Positions 52,949 to 62,921 of a stretch of 64,000 nt of DNA are shown here, piece after piece; the first letter of the stretch is position 1, and each line of letters begins with the position of its first letter. Below the pieces are notes generated by a model. It ran no database searches and was not told where the DNA came from. It saw only the letters and a program-made list of their open reading frames with translations. This stretch comes from Rikenellaceae bacterium (GTDB taxonomy: Bacteria > Bacteroidota > Bacteroidia > Bacteroidales > Rikenellaceae), in assembly GCA_047178725.1 (NCBI GenBank), contig JBCQTD010000007.1, positions 4,903 through 68,902 on the forward strand. Direction: 5' to 3'. The translations under genes were made by a program, and so were the position numbers.

Positions 52949-54187
52949 ATGAGAAACTTTTTTGACCAATTCAAAAGCGAAGATTGGGTTATTGTATTTG
53001 CCGGTGCCATCATCCTGGCACTAGCCTACCTCTTTCCGGACTCAATGCCGGCCATGCCAAAGAGCATATCATCCGAGGATGCTCTGAAAGCGGCCACGGG
53101 AATGTATATTTTTCTACTTGTTATTGTTGCTGGATGTAATATCCTCCTCAAAAGGTCTGTCAAGGGTCTTGTCGGCGGGTTGCTCTTTATATATCTGATC
53201 GCCTTAGCAGGTCAGGTGACAGCAAATATCCCAGCCATCAAGGAGTTCGGCCTCGAGTCAGTTTTCTTCTCGGTGATCTTCGGACTTATAATTAGCAACC
53301 TGCTCACCGTGCCAGCGTGGCTGCGACCCGCCATACAGAGCGAGTTCTACATCAAGATAGGCATCGTATGCCTAGGCTCAACGATACTCTTTGGCGAGGT
53401 TCTCAAGTCGGGCGCTTATGGCCTTGCGCAGGCATTGATCGTGGTATTTGTGGTGTGGAATTTCACCTACTATCTAGCAAAAAAGATGGGCATCGACCAG
53501 GAGATGTCAACCATGCTCTCTAGCGCGGTGAGTATCTGCGGCGTTTCGGCCGCCATCGCAACTTGTGGCGTTATTAAGGGCGATAATAAGAAGCTCTCGT
53601 ATGTAATATCGCTGGTTTTGGTCTGCGCCATACCAATGATGTACATCATGCCATGGCTCTCGGAGCTTATGGGGCTCAGCGAAGAGGTAGCCGGAGCGTG
53701 GCTTGGAGGATCAATCGACACTACGGGCGCTGTGGCTGCCTCGGGTACTATGCTTGGCGAGAGAGCTGCGCAGACGGCCATCATCGTAAAATCATCACAA
53801 AACGTTCTGCTTGGAGTGGCAGCCTTTGCCATATCGCTAATATGGACATACAAAGGCAAGGCTCAGGAGGAGAAGCCAACGCTAGGCGTTATCTGGGATC
53901 GTTTTCCAAAATTTGTTGTAGGATTTATCGCCGCCTCGCTTCTATTCAGCTTCTGCATGGATATTGAGAGCGCAAAGGCGGTGGGCAAGATCAGCAAGGG
54001 GATGACCAATTCGCTATTCGGCATCGCCTTTGTCTGCATCGGCCTTGAGACCAGATTCAAAGATCTACTATCAAAGGAGAACCGCAAGCCGCTCTATGCA
54101 TTCCTTACGGCGCAGGGCTTCAACGTTATCGTTACGCTAGTTGTAGCATATATAATGTTTGGAGTGGTTAAACCTCTTCTATCATAA
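52949..54187 (+). CDS. YeiH/PSE family putative sulfate exporter
   Basis: Multi-TM; EFYIKIGIV.LG, SICGVSAAIA, GGSIDTTGAV, RFPKFVVGF. Confidence 0.88.
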   Translation: MRNFFDQFKSEDWVIVFAGAIILALAYLFPDSMPAMPKSISSEDALKAATGMYIFLLVIVAGCNILLKRSVKGLVGGLLFIYLIALAGQVTANIPAIKEFGLESVFFSVIFGLIISNLLTVPAWLRPAIQSEFYIKIGIVCLGSTILFGEVLKSGAYGLAQALIVVFVVWNFTYYLAKKMGIDQEMSTMLSSAVSICGVSAAIATCGVIKGDNKKLSYVISLVLVCAIPMMYIMPWLSELMGLSEEVAGAWLGGSIDTTGAVAASGTMLGERAAQTAIIVKSSQNVLLGVAAFAISLIWTYKGKAQEEKPTLGVIWDRFPKFVVGFIAASLLFSFCMDIESAKAVGKISKGMTNSLFGIAFVCIGLETRFKDLLSKENRKPLYAFLTAQGFNVIVTLVVAYIMFGVVKPLLS

Positions 54188-55349
54188 CCCTCGCGCGCTG
54201 CTTGAGATAGTCTCTGCGCGAGTAGAGATTATAGACAAGTAGCGCCAACAAAACCAAACCGAGCGATATGATATAGATCATCCGATAACCATACGCCGCA
54301 GCTATAACTCCACCCAAAAGCATCCCTATACCCGATCCAAAGTCTAGGGCGATGAGAAAGGTGGAGTTTGCTGTGCCCCTTCTATTGTGGCCTACAAGCT
54401 CGACGATCATGGTCTGAATTACCGGTGCCGCGAAGCCAAAGCCTAAACCTAGGGCGACAGATGCTACCAGTAGTGTAAACTCGGTAAGATAGAATATAAA
54501 TAGAACAGAGGCCGCAACAAGGATCGCAAGCGAGAGCTGCAGCAGCTCATTGTATAGCCCACGCTTCATAATACGACCCGATAGCAGTCGCGAGATAACA
54601 ACGCCCAGGGCAAAAAGCATGAAGAAGTTGCCAGCATTTAAACTAAGGCCAGCCTCGCGAACATATAGAGAGACATAGGCCATAAGTGAGCCATAATAAA
54701 AATATAGCAGCGCCATAATGATAGCCAACGAGAGTCCACTCTTCAAAAAGAAACGATCCAGCGATAGGGGTGCGGGCTCACGTTGCACGCGTGGTTTTGT
54801 GCGCACAAAGAGCGATAGCAGAACCGATACGGCAGCCGCTGAAAAGGCGCAATAGAAGATAAGCTTATATGAGGCAATTTCAAGAAGATAGAGCCCCAAC
54901 ATGGGGCCAATAGCCATAGAGAGCACATTAAAAGCACCATAATAGCCGATACCCTCTGCGCGACGCGAGGCTGGCATAATATCTATGGCTAGAGTACTAG
55001 AGGCGGTAGTTACCATTGCAAAGCTCGCCCCCAGCATAATGCGAGTTAGCACTAGCTGGCCGATCGAGCGCGAGAGGATATAGCCAATAAATAGTGAGGC
55101 GAAGATTGTCACGACCAACAGATAGAACCTTCTACGATCGAAGCGGTCGACGAAATAGCCTGAAAATGGGCGCACCAAGAGAGAGGTGATGATATACGAG
55201 GCGACAACCATACCAGCCACCGATGGGCTAGCGTGGAACTCATCAATGACATACATCGCCACGATAGGCACCACAAGATAGAACCCCAAAAAGAACATAA
55301 AGCTAGCTGTGGCCATCAGGATAAAATTTCGATTGAATAGCTTCTCCAT
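54168..55349 (-). CDS. MFS transporter
   Basis: About 12 TM helices, GYFVDRFDRR motif A, RRAEGIGYYG, RRGTANSTF. Confidence 0.92.
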   Translation of the reverse strand: MEKLFNRNFILMATASFMFFLGFYLVVPIVAMYVIDEFHASPSVAGMVVASYIITSLLVRPFSGYFVDRFDRRRFYLLVVTIFASLFIGYILSRSIGQLVLTRIMLGASFAMVTTASSTLAIDIMPASRRAEGIGYYGAFNVLSMAIGPMLGLYLLEIASYKLIFYCAFSAAAVSVLLSLFVRTKPRVQREPAPLSLDRFFLKSGLSLAIIMALLYFYYGSLMAYVSLYVREAGLSLNAGNFFMLFALGVVISRLLSGRIMKRGLYNELLQLSLAILVAASVLFIFYLTEFTLLVASVALGLGFGFAAPVIQTMIVELVGHNRRGTANSTFLIALDFGSGIGMLLGGVIAAAYGYRMIYIISLGLVLLALLVYNLYSRRDYLKQRARVMIEEV

Positions 55350-55371
55350 ATATAAAATTAAATGTCTCTAT

Positions 55372-55407
55372 AAAAAGAGATCGGAGTGCAAAAAGCGCTC
55401 CGACCTC
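55372..55407 (-). terminator. pyk terminator
   Basis: Minus strand GAGGTCGGAGCGC-TTTTT-GCACTCCGATCTC-TTTTT. Confidence 0.8.
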
Positions 55408-55428
55408 CACTATTTATTGTAGTTTATA

Positions 55429-56886
55429 CTACATGTTGGCCTCATTACGCTCGACAACATCAGCTACTGTGGCGATCTCAACATAAGATCCACCCTTGCC
55501 TGGACCGAAGCTACCACCTACGATAGCTAGAAGATCCTTATCCTCAAGTTTGTTGTGCTCGTTGATGTAATCCATAGCATCCACTAGGAAGTGGTATTTG
55601 TCGCTGAGCTGATGGCGCAAGATTGGAATCACACCATAAGATAGAGCTAGAATACGCTGTGCAGGCTGAGTGTAACATACAGCAACTACGCTCTTCTGGC
55701 CGCGGAAAGCAGCTAGGTAGCGACCGGTGCGGCCTGTGTGTGTATCTAGGATAACATATTTGATAGCTGGAAGGTTGTTGCAAGAGCGAACTGCCGAACG
55801 AGCAAGCTGAGCTGTAATCTCGTGGTTAACAGATACCATATTGATATCAACCATTGGAGGGAACTGACGAACGTCGCTCTCGATCTCGCGAGAGATGCGA
55901 GTCATAGTCTTTACTGCCTCAACTGGATAGTCGCCAGTTGCAGTCTCATCGCTAAGCATGATAGCATCTACACGCTCGTAGATAGCGCTTGCAACGTCAC
56001 TAACCTCGGCACGCGTTGGGCGTGGAGACTTAGTCATAGAGTAAAGCATCTGTGTAGCGATAATAACTGGACGCTTAGCAGCGATACACTTCTCAACAAT
56101 CATACGCTGAGCCCCTGGGATCTTCTCAGATGAAAGCTCAACACCCATATCACCACGAGCTACCATGATGGCATAAGAGGCCTCGATGATCTCGTCGATA
56201 TTGTCGATACCCTCCTGATTCTCGATCTTAGAGATGATCTTAATTGTGCTATTGTGCTCGTCAAGGATATCCTGAACAGCCTTAACATCGGCTGCGCTGC
56301 GAACGAATGAGTGAGCGATGAAATCTACATCATTCTTGATTGCCCACTCAATAAAGCGGCGATCCTTTGGAGTGATAGATGGAAGATCGACATGTACTCC
56401 AGGAACATTAACACTCTTACGAGACTTTAGCTTACCTCCGATAAGGAAGCGGCAAACTAGATGATCGGCATTCTTCTCCAAAACCTCTAGCTCAAGCTCA
56501 CCATCAGCGATATGAAGGTGGTTGCCTACGCTCATGTCGCTCACTAGACTAGGCACATTCATATAGATCATCTCAGAGGTTGTGGTCTCATTTTTTGCAG
56601 TACCCTTAACCTTAACTACATCACCTGTATTGAATGCGATAGAACCCTCACCATCGCCAACGCTTGTTAGGCGGATTTCAGGACCCTTAGTGTCGATCAT
56701 AACTGGAATAGAGGCGCTCACCGCACGTGCATTCTGCACCACCTGGGTAGCACCATCCTCTGTGGCGTGAGCCGAGTTGATACGGACTACATCCATACCT
56801 GCCTCATAAAGCTTTGTTAGAAGCTCTACACTACAACGAATGTCCGACACTGTCGCAACAATCTTGGTTTTTTTCATTTTTTGCAT
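55429..56886 (-). CDS. pyk: Pyruvate kinase
   Basis: KTKIVAT, DTKGPEIR, ISKIENQEG, MVARGDMG, ATQML.SM..SPRPTRAEVSDV; start could also be 56877. Confidence 0.97.
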   Translation of the reverse strand: MQKMKKTKIVATVSDIRCSVELLTKLYEAGMDVVRINSAHATEDGATQVVQNARAVSASIPVMIDTKGPEIRLTSVGDGEGSIAFNTGDVVKVKGTAKNETTTSEMIYMNVPSLVSDMSVGNHLHIADGELELEVLEKNADHLVCRFLIGGKLKSRKSVNVPGVHVDLPSITPKDRRFIEWAIKNDVDFIAHSFVRSAADVKAVQDILDEHNSTIKIISKIENQEGIDNIDEIIEASYAIMVARGDMGVELSSEKIPGAQRMIVEKCIAAKRPVIIATQMLYSMTKSPRPTRAEVSDVASAIYERVDAIMLSDETATGDYPVEAVKTMTRISREIESDVRQFPPMVDINMVSVNHEITAQLARSAVRSCNNLPAIKYVILDTHTGRTGRYLAAFRGQKSVVAVCYTQPAQRILALSYGVIPILRHQLSDKYHFLVDAMDYINEHNKLEDKDLLAIVGGSFGPGKGGSYVEIATVADVVERNEANM

Positions 56887-56904
56887 ATCGATCAAATTTG
56901 ATAG

Positions 56905-57327
56905 TTATTTATTCGACTTAAACGCCTCGATACCTAAACGATAGGAGTCAAGACCAAAACCCATAATAGAGCCCATCGCCACTGGCGCGAGCATTGATAT
57001 GTGACGAAACTCCTCGCGCGCCAATATAGAGGAGATGTGCACCTCGACAACGGGGGTCTTTACGCCCGAGATTGCATCGCGCAGAGCCACCGAGGTGTGG
57101 GTATAACCGCCGGCATTAAAGACTATGCCATCATACCTTCCCACCGAAGAGTGGATCTGATCTATAAGCTCGCCCTCAATGTTTGATTGGAAATACTCCA
57201 GCTCGCGATCGGGAAACTCCGCTCTGAGCTCTTCTAGATACTCCTCAAAGGTGGTTGATCCATAGATCTCCACATCACGTTTGCCTTGAAGATTAAGGTT
57301 TGGGCCGTTAAGGATTAGTAGTTTCAT
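56905..57327 (-). CDS. aroQ: Type II 3-dehydroquinate dehydratase
   Basis: LNGPNLNL.G.R...YG, QSN.EG, NAGGYTHTS, EVHIS...REEFRH. Confidence 0.97.
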   Translation of the reverse strand: MKLLILNGPNLNLQGKRDVEIYGSTTFEEYLEELRAEFPDRELEYFQSNIEGELIDQIHSSVGRYDGIVFNAGGYTHTSVALRDAISGVKTPVVEVHISSILAREEFRHISMLAPVAMGSIMGFGLDSYRLGIEAFKSNK

Positions 57328-57438
57328 CAATTATTTCTATTATTTCTTTGGGCAAAGGTAACAAAATATGTTCAAACTAGAAAATTTTTCTATCTTTGTA
57401 AGTGATATTTTTATATTATTTTATAAATATTCCTCATC

Positions 57439-58371
57439 ATGACTGAATTTGGACTTATCGAATCTATTGCGCAGCTATTTGACTCAATTCCCCGAAATGG
57501 CATTGACGGCATCGGTGACGACTGCGCCACGATCCCCATGGGAGGCGAGGAGTCGCTGGTTATAACGAGCGATATGCTCATAGAGGATGTACACTTTCTA
57601 CGCGGGGCGATCTCGCCATCCTCTCTCGGCGCCAAATCGCTGAGTGTCAACCTAAGTGATATTGCCGCAATGGGGGCAAGGCCGGCAGCCACCCTACTCT
57701 CGATCTCAATCCCCGAGCAGCTTATGGGCAGCTGGATAGAGGAGTTTATGCAGGGATATCATGCGTTATCCTCGCTCCACTCCGTTGCACTAATTGGCGG
57801 AGACACCACCGCCTCAAGGGGGGGTGTTGCGATCAACGTCACAGCGATAGGCATAGCCAAAAATAAAAATATAAAAAAACGATCTACAGCCCGGGCTGGA
57901 GACTTAATTTTAGTAAGCGGCGAGCTGGGAGGATCTGGCGCAGGATTAAAAGATATATTAAACGGCAACTACAACACCCCGCTAGCCAAGCTACACAACA
58001 GCCCCACAGCTCGCATAGAGGAGGGCGTATGGCTCGGAGCGAGAGATGAGGTGCACGCCATGATGGATATATCAGATGGTGTTGCATCCGACATTACACA
58101 TATATTAAACAGATCGAAGGTGGGCGCCGAGATTGAGCTAAGAGCCATACCTGCCGCAACAGATATTAAAACTGCCCTCAGCGCCGGCGAGGATTATGAA
58201 TTGCTGTTCACGGCCGAGGCTTCAAAAGTTGAAGATCTCTGCCGCGATTATACAATAAAATTTAAAAAACCGCTATATATTATCGGCAAGATTATTGACT
58301 CACAAGAGCTTATATGGCTCGAGGATGGTCAAAAACTAGATATTAACTTCAACGGATTTCGTCACTTTTAA
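57439..58371 (+). CDS. thiL: Thiamine-monophosphate kinase
   Basis: EFGLI, GIGDDCA, NLSDIAAMG, GGDT, DISDG, GEDYELLFT. Confidence 0.96.
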   Translation: MTEFGLIESIAQLFDSIPRNGIDGIGDDCATIPMGGEESLVITSDMLIEDVHFLRGAISPSSLGAKSLSVNLSDIAAMGARPAATLLSISIPEQLMGSWIEEFMQGYHALSSLHSVALIGGDTTASRGGVAINVTAIGIAKNKNIKKRSTARAGDLILVSGELGGSGAGLKDILNGNYNTPLAKLHNSPTARIEEGVWLGARDEVHAMMDISDGVASDITHILNRSKVGAEIELRAIPAATDIKTALSAGEDYELLFTAEASKVEDLCRDYTIKFKKPLYIIGKIIDSQELIWLEDGQKLDINFNGFRHF

Positions 58372-58384
58372 ATAGCAAAAAACT

Positions 58385-58666
58385 ATGCCTATATTTCTCT
58401 TAAGCTTCGGCCTTATATCGGGCTGTGCACTATCAATTCTAGTCGGCATTTTGGGCTCACGCCGCTCGATCGGCTTTGGCTGGGCATTTATCGCCAGCCT
58501 GCTGCTCACCCCTTTCATTGGGCTAATCATAACACTACTAAGCGACCCCCTGCCCTACCCAGAGCAGAGTCGTTGGGGGTGCATGGGGGTCGCTTTCTCT
58601 ATCGTCGGGGCTCTACTTTTAATCCCCTTTATTATGATGATCGTAACGCTGCTAATGCTTATCTAG
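58385..58666 (+). CDS. Small membrane protein of unknown function
   Basis: Three hydrophobic segments, GSRRSIGFGWAF..SLLLTP pattern, AT-rich start context. Confidence 0.7.
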   Translation: MPIFLLSFGLISGCALSILVGILGSRRSIGFGWAFIASLLLTPFIGLIITLLSDPLPYPEQSRWGCMGVAFSIVGALLLIPFIMMIVTLLMLI

Positions 58667-61600
58667 GATCTTATCTATCAGAGCCTGCGTCTGGGGGGCA
58701 TGCGAGCGGTATCGTACATATAGATCCATCGGATGTCCCTGGCCGCCGCGCTCAAGGATGTTGCGCCTAAAGCTAGTGGCGACCTCACGATTGAAGATGC
58801 CCCTCTCTTTAAACAGCGCAAAGGCATCAGCCTCCAAAACCTCAGCCCACTTATAGCTGTAGTATCCGGCCGAGTAGCCACCATTAAAGATGTGCGAGAA
58901 GGTTGGACTCATAGCCATGCCATCAACCAGAGGTAGGATCTGTGTCTCGGCCGTAGCCTTGCGCTCAAAGCTCTCAACACTCTCTTTGATCTGACCCATA
59001 TGTGTGTGCCACGCCATATCCAAAAGCCCAAATTGTAGCTGGCGCACATTAGCATAGGCGGCATTATAGTTCTTCGCTTTAACAATCTTCTCGATCAGAT
59101 CCGCTGGTATCTTCTCGCCAGATTGATAGTGCTCGGCCCACATCTCCAAAAACTCACCCTCGCTCGCCCAGTTCTCCATCAGCTGCGATGGCAGCTCTAC
59201 AAAGTCGCGATATACATTCGTACCATTAAGCGACGAGTAGCGCCCCTTGGCTAGCATTCCATGAAGGGCGTGGCCAAACTCATGGAGCAGAGTCTCAACC
59301 TCCGAGAATGTGAGCAGCGAAGGGGTCGACTCGGTTGGCTTTGTGAAGTTCATCACCAGCGATACCAATGGTCGAATCTCCTCCTCGCCATCCACCCACG
59401 AATTTCTAAACTCAGTCATCCAAGCACCGCCGCGCTTTGAATCGCGCGGGAAGAAGTCTAGATACAAGAGCGAAAGGAGACTCTCGTCCTCATCTCGAAC
59501 CTCAAAAACCTGTACATCGGGATGATAGCGATCTACACTCTCCAACTCAATGAATTTGAGTCCATAGAGCTTTGTAGCCAGAGAAAAGACACCTTCACGC
59601 ACTCGCGAAAGCTCAAAATATGGCTTGGTAATCTCATCGCTTATCGAATAGCTGTCATCCTTAAGCTTCTCGGCATAGTAGGCAAAATCCCACGGCATAA
59701 ACTCACCCTCGAAACCACTCTTTACGGCAAATGCAACCACCGCCTGGTAATCCTTAACGGCATACTCTTTAGTTGCCGAAAGAAGCTCATGCAGGAACTT
59801 CTCGACACTCTCTGCACTAATGGCCATTCGGTTCTCTAGAGCATACTCGGCATAGCTACCATAGCCCAGTAGCAGGGCGATATATGTGCGCAGCTCGACC
59901 ATGCGCTTAATCACTGCGCTATTATCCCACTTGCCACCCAAGGCGCGCGAGGAGTATGCTCTCCATAGCCTCTCCTTAATCTCTCGATTTGTTGAGTAGG
60001 TCAAAAATGGAATATAGCTTGGCGCCTTAAGGGTTACCGTCCACCCCTGCTCCGAACGAGAGGCAGCCTCCTCGGCGAGAGCCTCGCGCACCATCTCGGG
60101 AAGTTCGGCCACCTGCAATGAGTCGGTGATATTTATTGAGAAATCATTAGTCGCCGCTAGCGCATTTTGGCCAAACTCTATTGATAGCTTGCCCAGCTCC
60201 TCGGTATATGATCTGTAGAGCTCCTTATCCTCATCGGAGAGATTGGCGCCACTACGCGTGAAACCCTTATAGCACTCCTCCAAGAGCATCTTGTCCTCCG
60301 ACGAGAGACCAGCCGGCGGATTGTCATACACTCTCTTTACCCTCGCAAAAAGCTTCTCGTTAAGCGAAATATCATTAGAGAGCGCCGTAAGCTTGGGTTG
60401 CACCCTGAGCGAGATCTGCTCCATCTCATCCGAGGTGAGTGCGCTATGCAATGGGTAGAAAACGCCGGCCACACGCTCCAGAAGTGCCCCCTGGCGCTCC
60501 AGCGCAACTATTGTATTCTCGAAAGTTGCCTTCTCGCGGCTCTCGGCTATTGCCTCCACCTCGCTGCGCGATTCGGCGATGGCCACCTCAAAGGCGGGCT
60601 CATAATGCTTTAGCTCAATCTTCTCAAATGGAGGCTCACTATACCCTCCTGCCCAGCTCTGCAAAAGCGGGTTGTTCTTTTTATCCATATATGTTGTATC
60701 TATTTTATTCTCTCTCCTATCTTTTTGCGACGACTCTTTCGCCTCGAAACCCCTTGAACTATACATATATTTTCGATCTGCATCTTCGCCGCTAAAGCTG
60801 CGATATAGCTCCACTCCAGATTTTGTGCCACCGCGCTCGAGAATCTCACTTCTCAGACGTGAGGCCAGATCACGGTTAAATATATCACCCGAAGCAGTAA
60901 ATTTAGCATAAGTATCCTTGTCGAAAACCGCCGCCCAGATATAGAAGTAGTAGCCAGCCGAGTAATCGTAATCGAACAGGTGGCGGAAATATGTATAGCG
61001 GTACCTTGGCTCAATCGCCGCTGGGAGAGCTCGCTCATCTCGCAGGCGCTTGGATTCAAAGGCCAACACATCAACACTATCAAGCTCCTCGGGCGAGCTG
61101 ATTGAGTGAAGATCCAGATCAGAGAGAGCCGCCGATAGATACTCCACGCTCTCGATAGAGCTCTTGACGCGCTCGGCACGGGATATATCTGCAGCCAGCC
61201 TAGTTGGTATTATAGAGCCTGTTCGATTATGGATTGCATAGCGCCCCATAAACGCCGGCTCAAATGCCCAATTCTCCATCAGCTGCGATGGAAACTCTAC
61301 AAAATCGCCCTCAACATCGGCGAGTCCACGATAGGGGACATCCTGCAACAAAAAATGAAGAGCGTGGCCAAACTCATGAAACAGCGTCCTAACCTCCGCT
61401 GCACTAAGCAGCTGCGAGGCAGAACCCTGCGCGGCAGCAATATTGGCTGTAATAGAGACTATAGGCGCCAGTCGCTCACCATCCTCATAGCGCTGCTCGC
61501 GCAAGAAACCGCACCAAGCACCCTGCCCCTTGCCTGGGCGGACGAAGAGATCAAAATAGAGCAGGCCTAGATGCTTCTCATCTATATCAAAGACCTCATA

Positions 61601-62860
61601 AGCCACGCCTCCCTCGGCATATTGAGGCATAACGACAGGCCTAAAGGTCAAGCCATAGAGCCTATTGGCCAGCATAAACATGCCTCCTCGCACACTCTCC
61701 AATGGGAAATATGACTTTACAAGCTCGGAGTCTATATTATACTCACGCCGGCGGTATTTATCCATATAATAGTACCAATCCCACGCCTCGAATTTAGCTC
61801 CACTATGATCCTTATCCAGCATCTTTTCTAGCTCGGCCATCTCTCGCTCGGCACCATCTAGCGCCATAGGATAGAGCTCCTCAAGAAGCGAGTAGACCGC
61901 CTCGGGCGAAGAGGCCATTTGGTTAGAGATAACATATTCGGCATGGCTCTTATAGCCCAATATCTGCGCTCGCTCAAGGCGCAAAAGTGCTATTTGGCGA
62001 ACCACCTCGCGATTATCCCACTCACCGCCAGAGGCACGATTGAGATACAATTTATATAGCTGCTCGCGAAGATCTCGCCGCTTAGAGTGCGTTAAAAATG
62101 GAAGCCAACTAGAGGTTTGAGTTGTAAATACCCATTTATTGCTAAGACCACGACTGCGAGCCTCGGCGCGTGCTGCATTTCTTACCGTGGCGGGTAGAGA
62201 CTCTACATCATTGGCACTCATGGCGATATAAAGATCACGCTCCTCGGAGGCCAGATTCGTAGAGAAGCGCGCCATAAGGGCTGCAATCTCGCCATTGATC
62301 GCCTCGAAGCGGACAGAATCCTCGCCCACAAGAGATGCACCTCCTCGCCTAAATTCGTCGTAGTATCTCTCAACCAGACGCCTCTGCTCATCATCCAACC
62401 CTAGCCTCTTGCGCAGATCATAGACCTGGCGAATCTTCTCAAAGAGTGGCTTATTGTGAAGCAGCGAATCTCTATGCGCGGCCATCAATGTCAACACCTC
62501 GCCACTGATATCCGCCATCCCCTCCACGCCAGCGGCCTGGCACATCGTGTAGAGATTATAGATATCCGCCAGCTTCGCTCCAGATTGGTCATAAGGCAAG
62601 ATAACGCTCTCGAATCCAGCCCTAAGAGAGGAGCTGTTTATGAGCGCGATCGACTCAAGCTGCTCACCCATAGCGCGACGCAGCGCAGGCAGATAATCCG
62701 CCGAGGTGATCTTGTCGAATGGGGGGGCGCCAAATGGAGTATCCCAGCTCCTATAAAAAATATTCTCCTCCACGATGGTGGCGGATTTTTGGCATGAGCT
62801 TGGTGCAAACATAACTGCTATAACTAATATTAGGGCGAAAAGCCCCCTTATATTTATCAT
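58652..62860 (-). CDS. Tandem double M3 (Dcp/oligopeptidase A-like) metallopeptidase, predicted lipoprotein
   Basis: Two full M3 domains, each with HEFGHALH, DFVE.PSQLMENW and YSAGYY; internal in-frame ATG at 60688. Confidence 0.85.
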   Translation of the reverse strand: MINIRGLFALILVIAVMFAPSSCQKSATIVEENIFYRSWDTPFGAPPFDKITSADYLPALRRAMGEQLESIALINSSSLRAGFESVILPYDQSGAKLADIYNLYTMCQAAGVEGMADISGEVLTLMAAHRDSLLHNKPLFEKIRQVYDLRKRLGLDDEQRRLVERYYDEFRRGGASLVGEDSVRFEAINGEIAALMARFSTNLASEERDLYIAMSANDVESLPATVRNAARAEARSRGLSNKWVFTTQTSSWLPFLTHSKRRDLREQLYKLYLNRASGGEWDNREVVRQIALLRLERAQILGYKSHAEYVISNQMASSPEAVYSLLEELYPMALDGAEREMAELEKMLDKDHSGAKFEAWDWYYYMDKYRRREYNIDSELVKSYFPLESVRGGMFMLANRLYGLTFRPVVMPQYAEGGVAYEVFDIDEKHLGLLYFDLFVRPGKGQGAWCGFLREQRYEDGERLAPIVSITANIAAAQGSASQLLSAAEVRTLFHEFGHALHFLLQDVPYRGLADVEGDFVEFPSQLMENWAFEPAFMGRYAIHNRTGSIIPTRLAADISRAERVKSSIESVEYLSAALSDLDLHSISSPEELDSVDVLAFESKRLRDERALPAAIEPRYRYTYFRHLFDYDYSAGYYFYIWAAVFDKDTYAKFTASGDIFNRDLASRLRSEILERGGTKSGVELYRSFSGEDADRKYMYSSRGFEAKESSQKDRRENKIDTTYMDKKNNPLLQSWAGGYSEPPFEKIELKHYEPAFEVAIAESRSEVEAIAESREKATFENTIVALERQGALLERVAGVFYPLHSALTSDEMEQISLRVQPKLTALSNDISLNEKLFARVKRVYDNPPAGLSSEDKMLLEECYKGFTRSGANLSDEDKELYRSYTEELGKLSIEFGQNALAATNDFSINITDSLQVAELPEMVREALAEEAASRSEQGWTVTLKAPSYIPFLTYSTNREIKERLWRAYSSRALGGKWDNSAVIKRMVELRTYIALLLGYGSYAEYALENRMAISAESVEKFLHELLSATKEYAVKDYQAVVAFAVKSGFEGEFMPWDFAYYAEKLKDDSYSISDEITKPYFELSRVREGVFSLATKLYGLKFIELESVDRYHPDVQVFEVRDEDESLLSLLYLDFFPRDSKRGGAWMTEFRNSWVDGEEEIRPLVSLVMNFTKPTESTPSLLTFSEVETLLHEFGHALHGMLAKGRYSSLNGTNVYRDFVELPSQLMENWASEGEFLEMWAEHYQSGEKIPADLIEKIVKAKNYNAAYANVRQLQFGLLDMAWHTHMGQIKESVESFERKATAETQILPLVDGMAMSPTFSHIFNGGYSAGYYSYKWAEVLEADAFALFKERGIFNREVATSFRRNILERGGQGHPMDLYVRYRSHAPQTQALIDKILDKH

Positions 62861-62877
62861 TATATATAAATTTTATA

Positions 62878-62893
62878 TACCTTTGCAAAGGTA
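62878..62893. promoter_or_regulatory. Palindromic pair of -7 promoter boxes for divergent genes
   Basis: TACCTTTGCAAAGGTA reads TAnnTTTG on both strands between the M3 gene and rsmE. Confidence 0.7.
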
Positions 62894-62921
62894 ATAAATT
62901 TTTAAAAAAATCTCACTTTTC

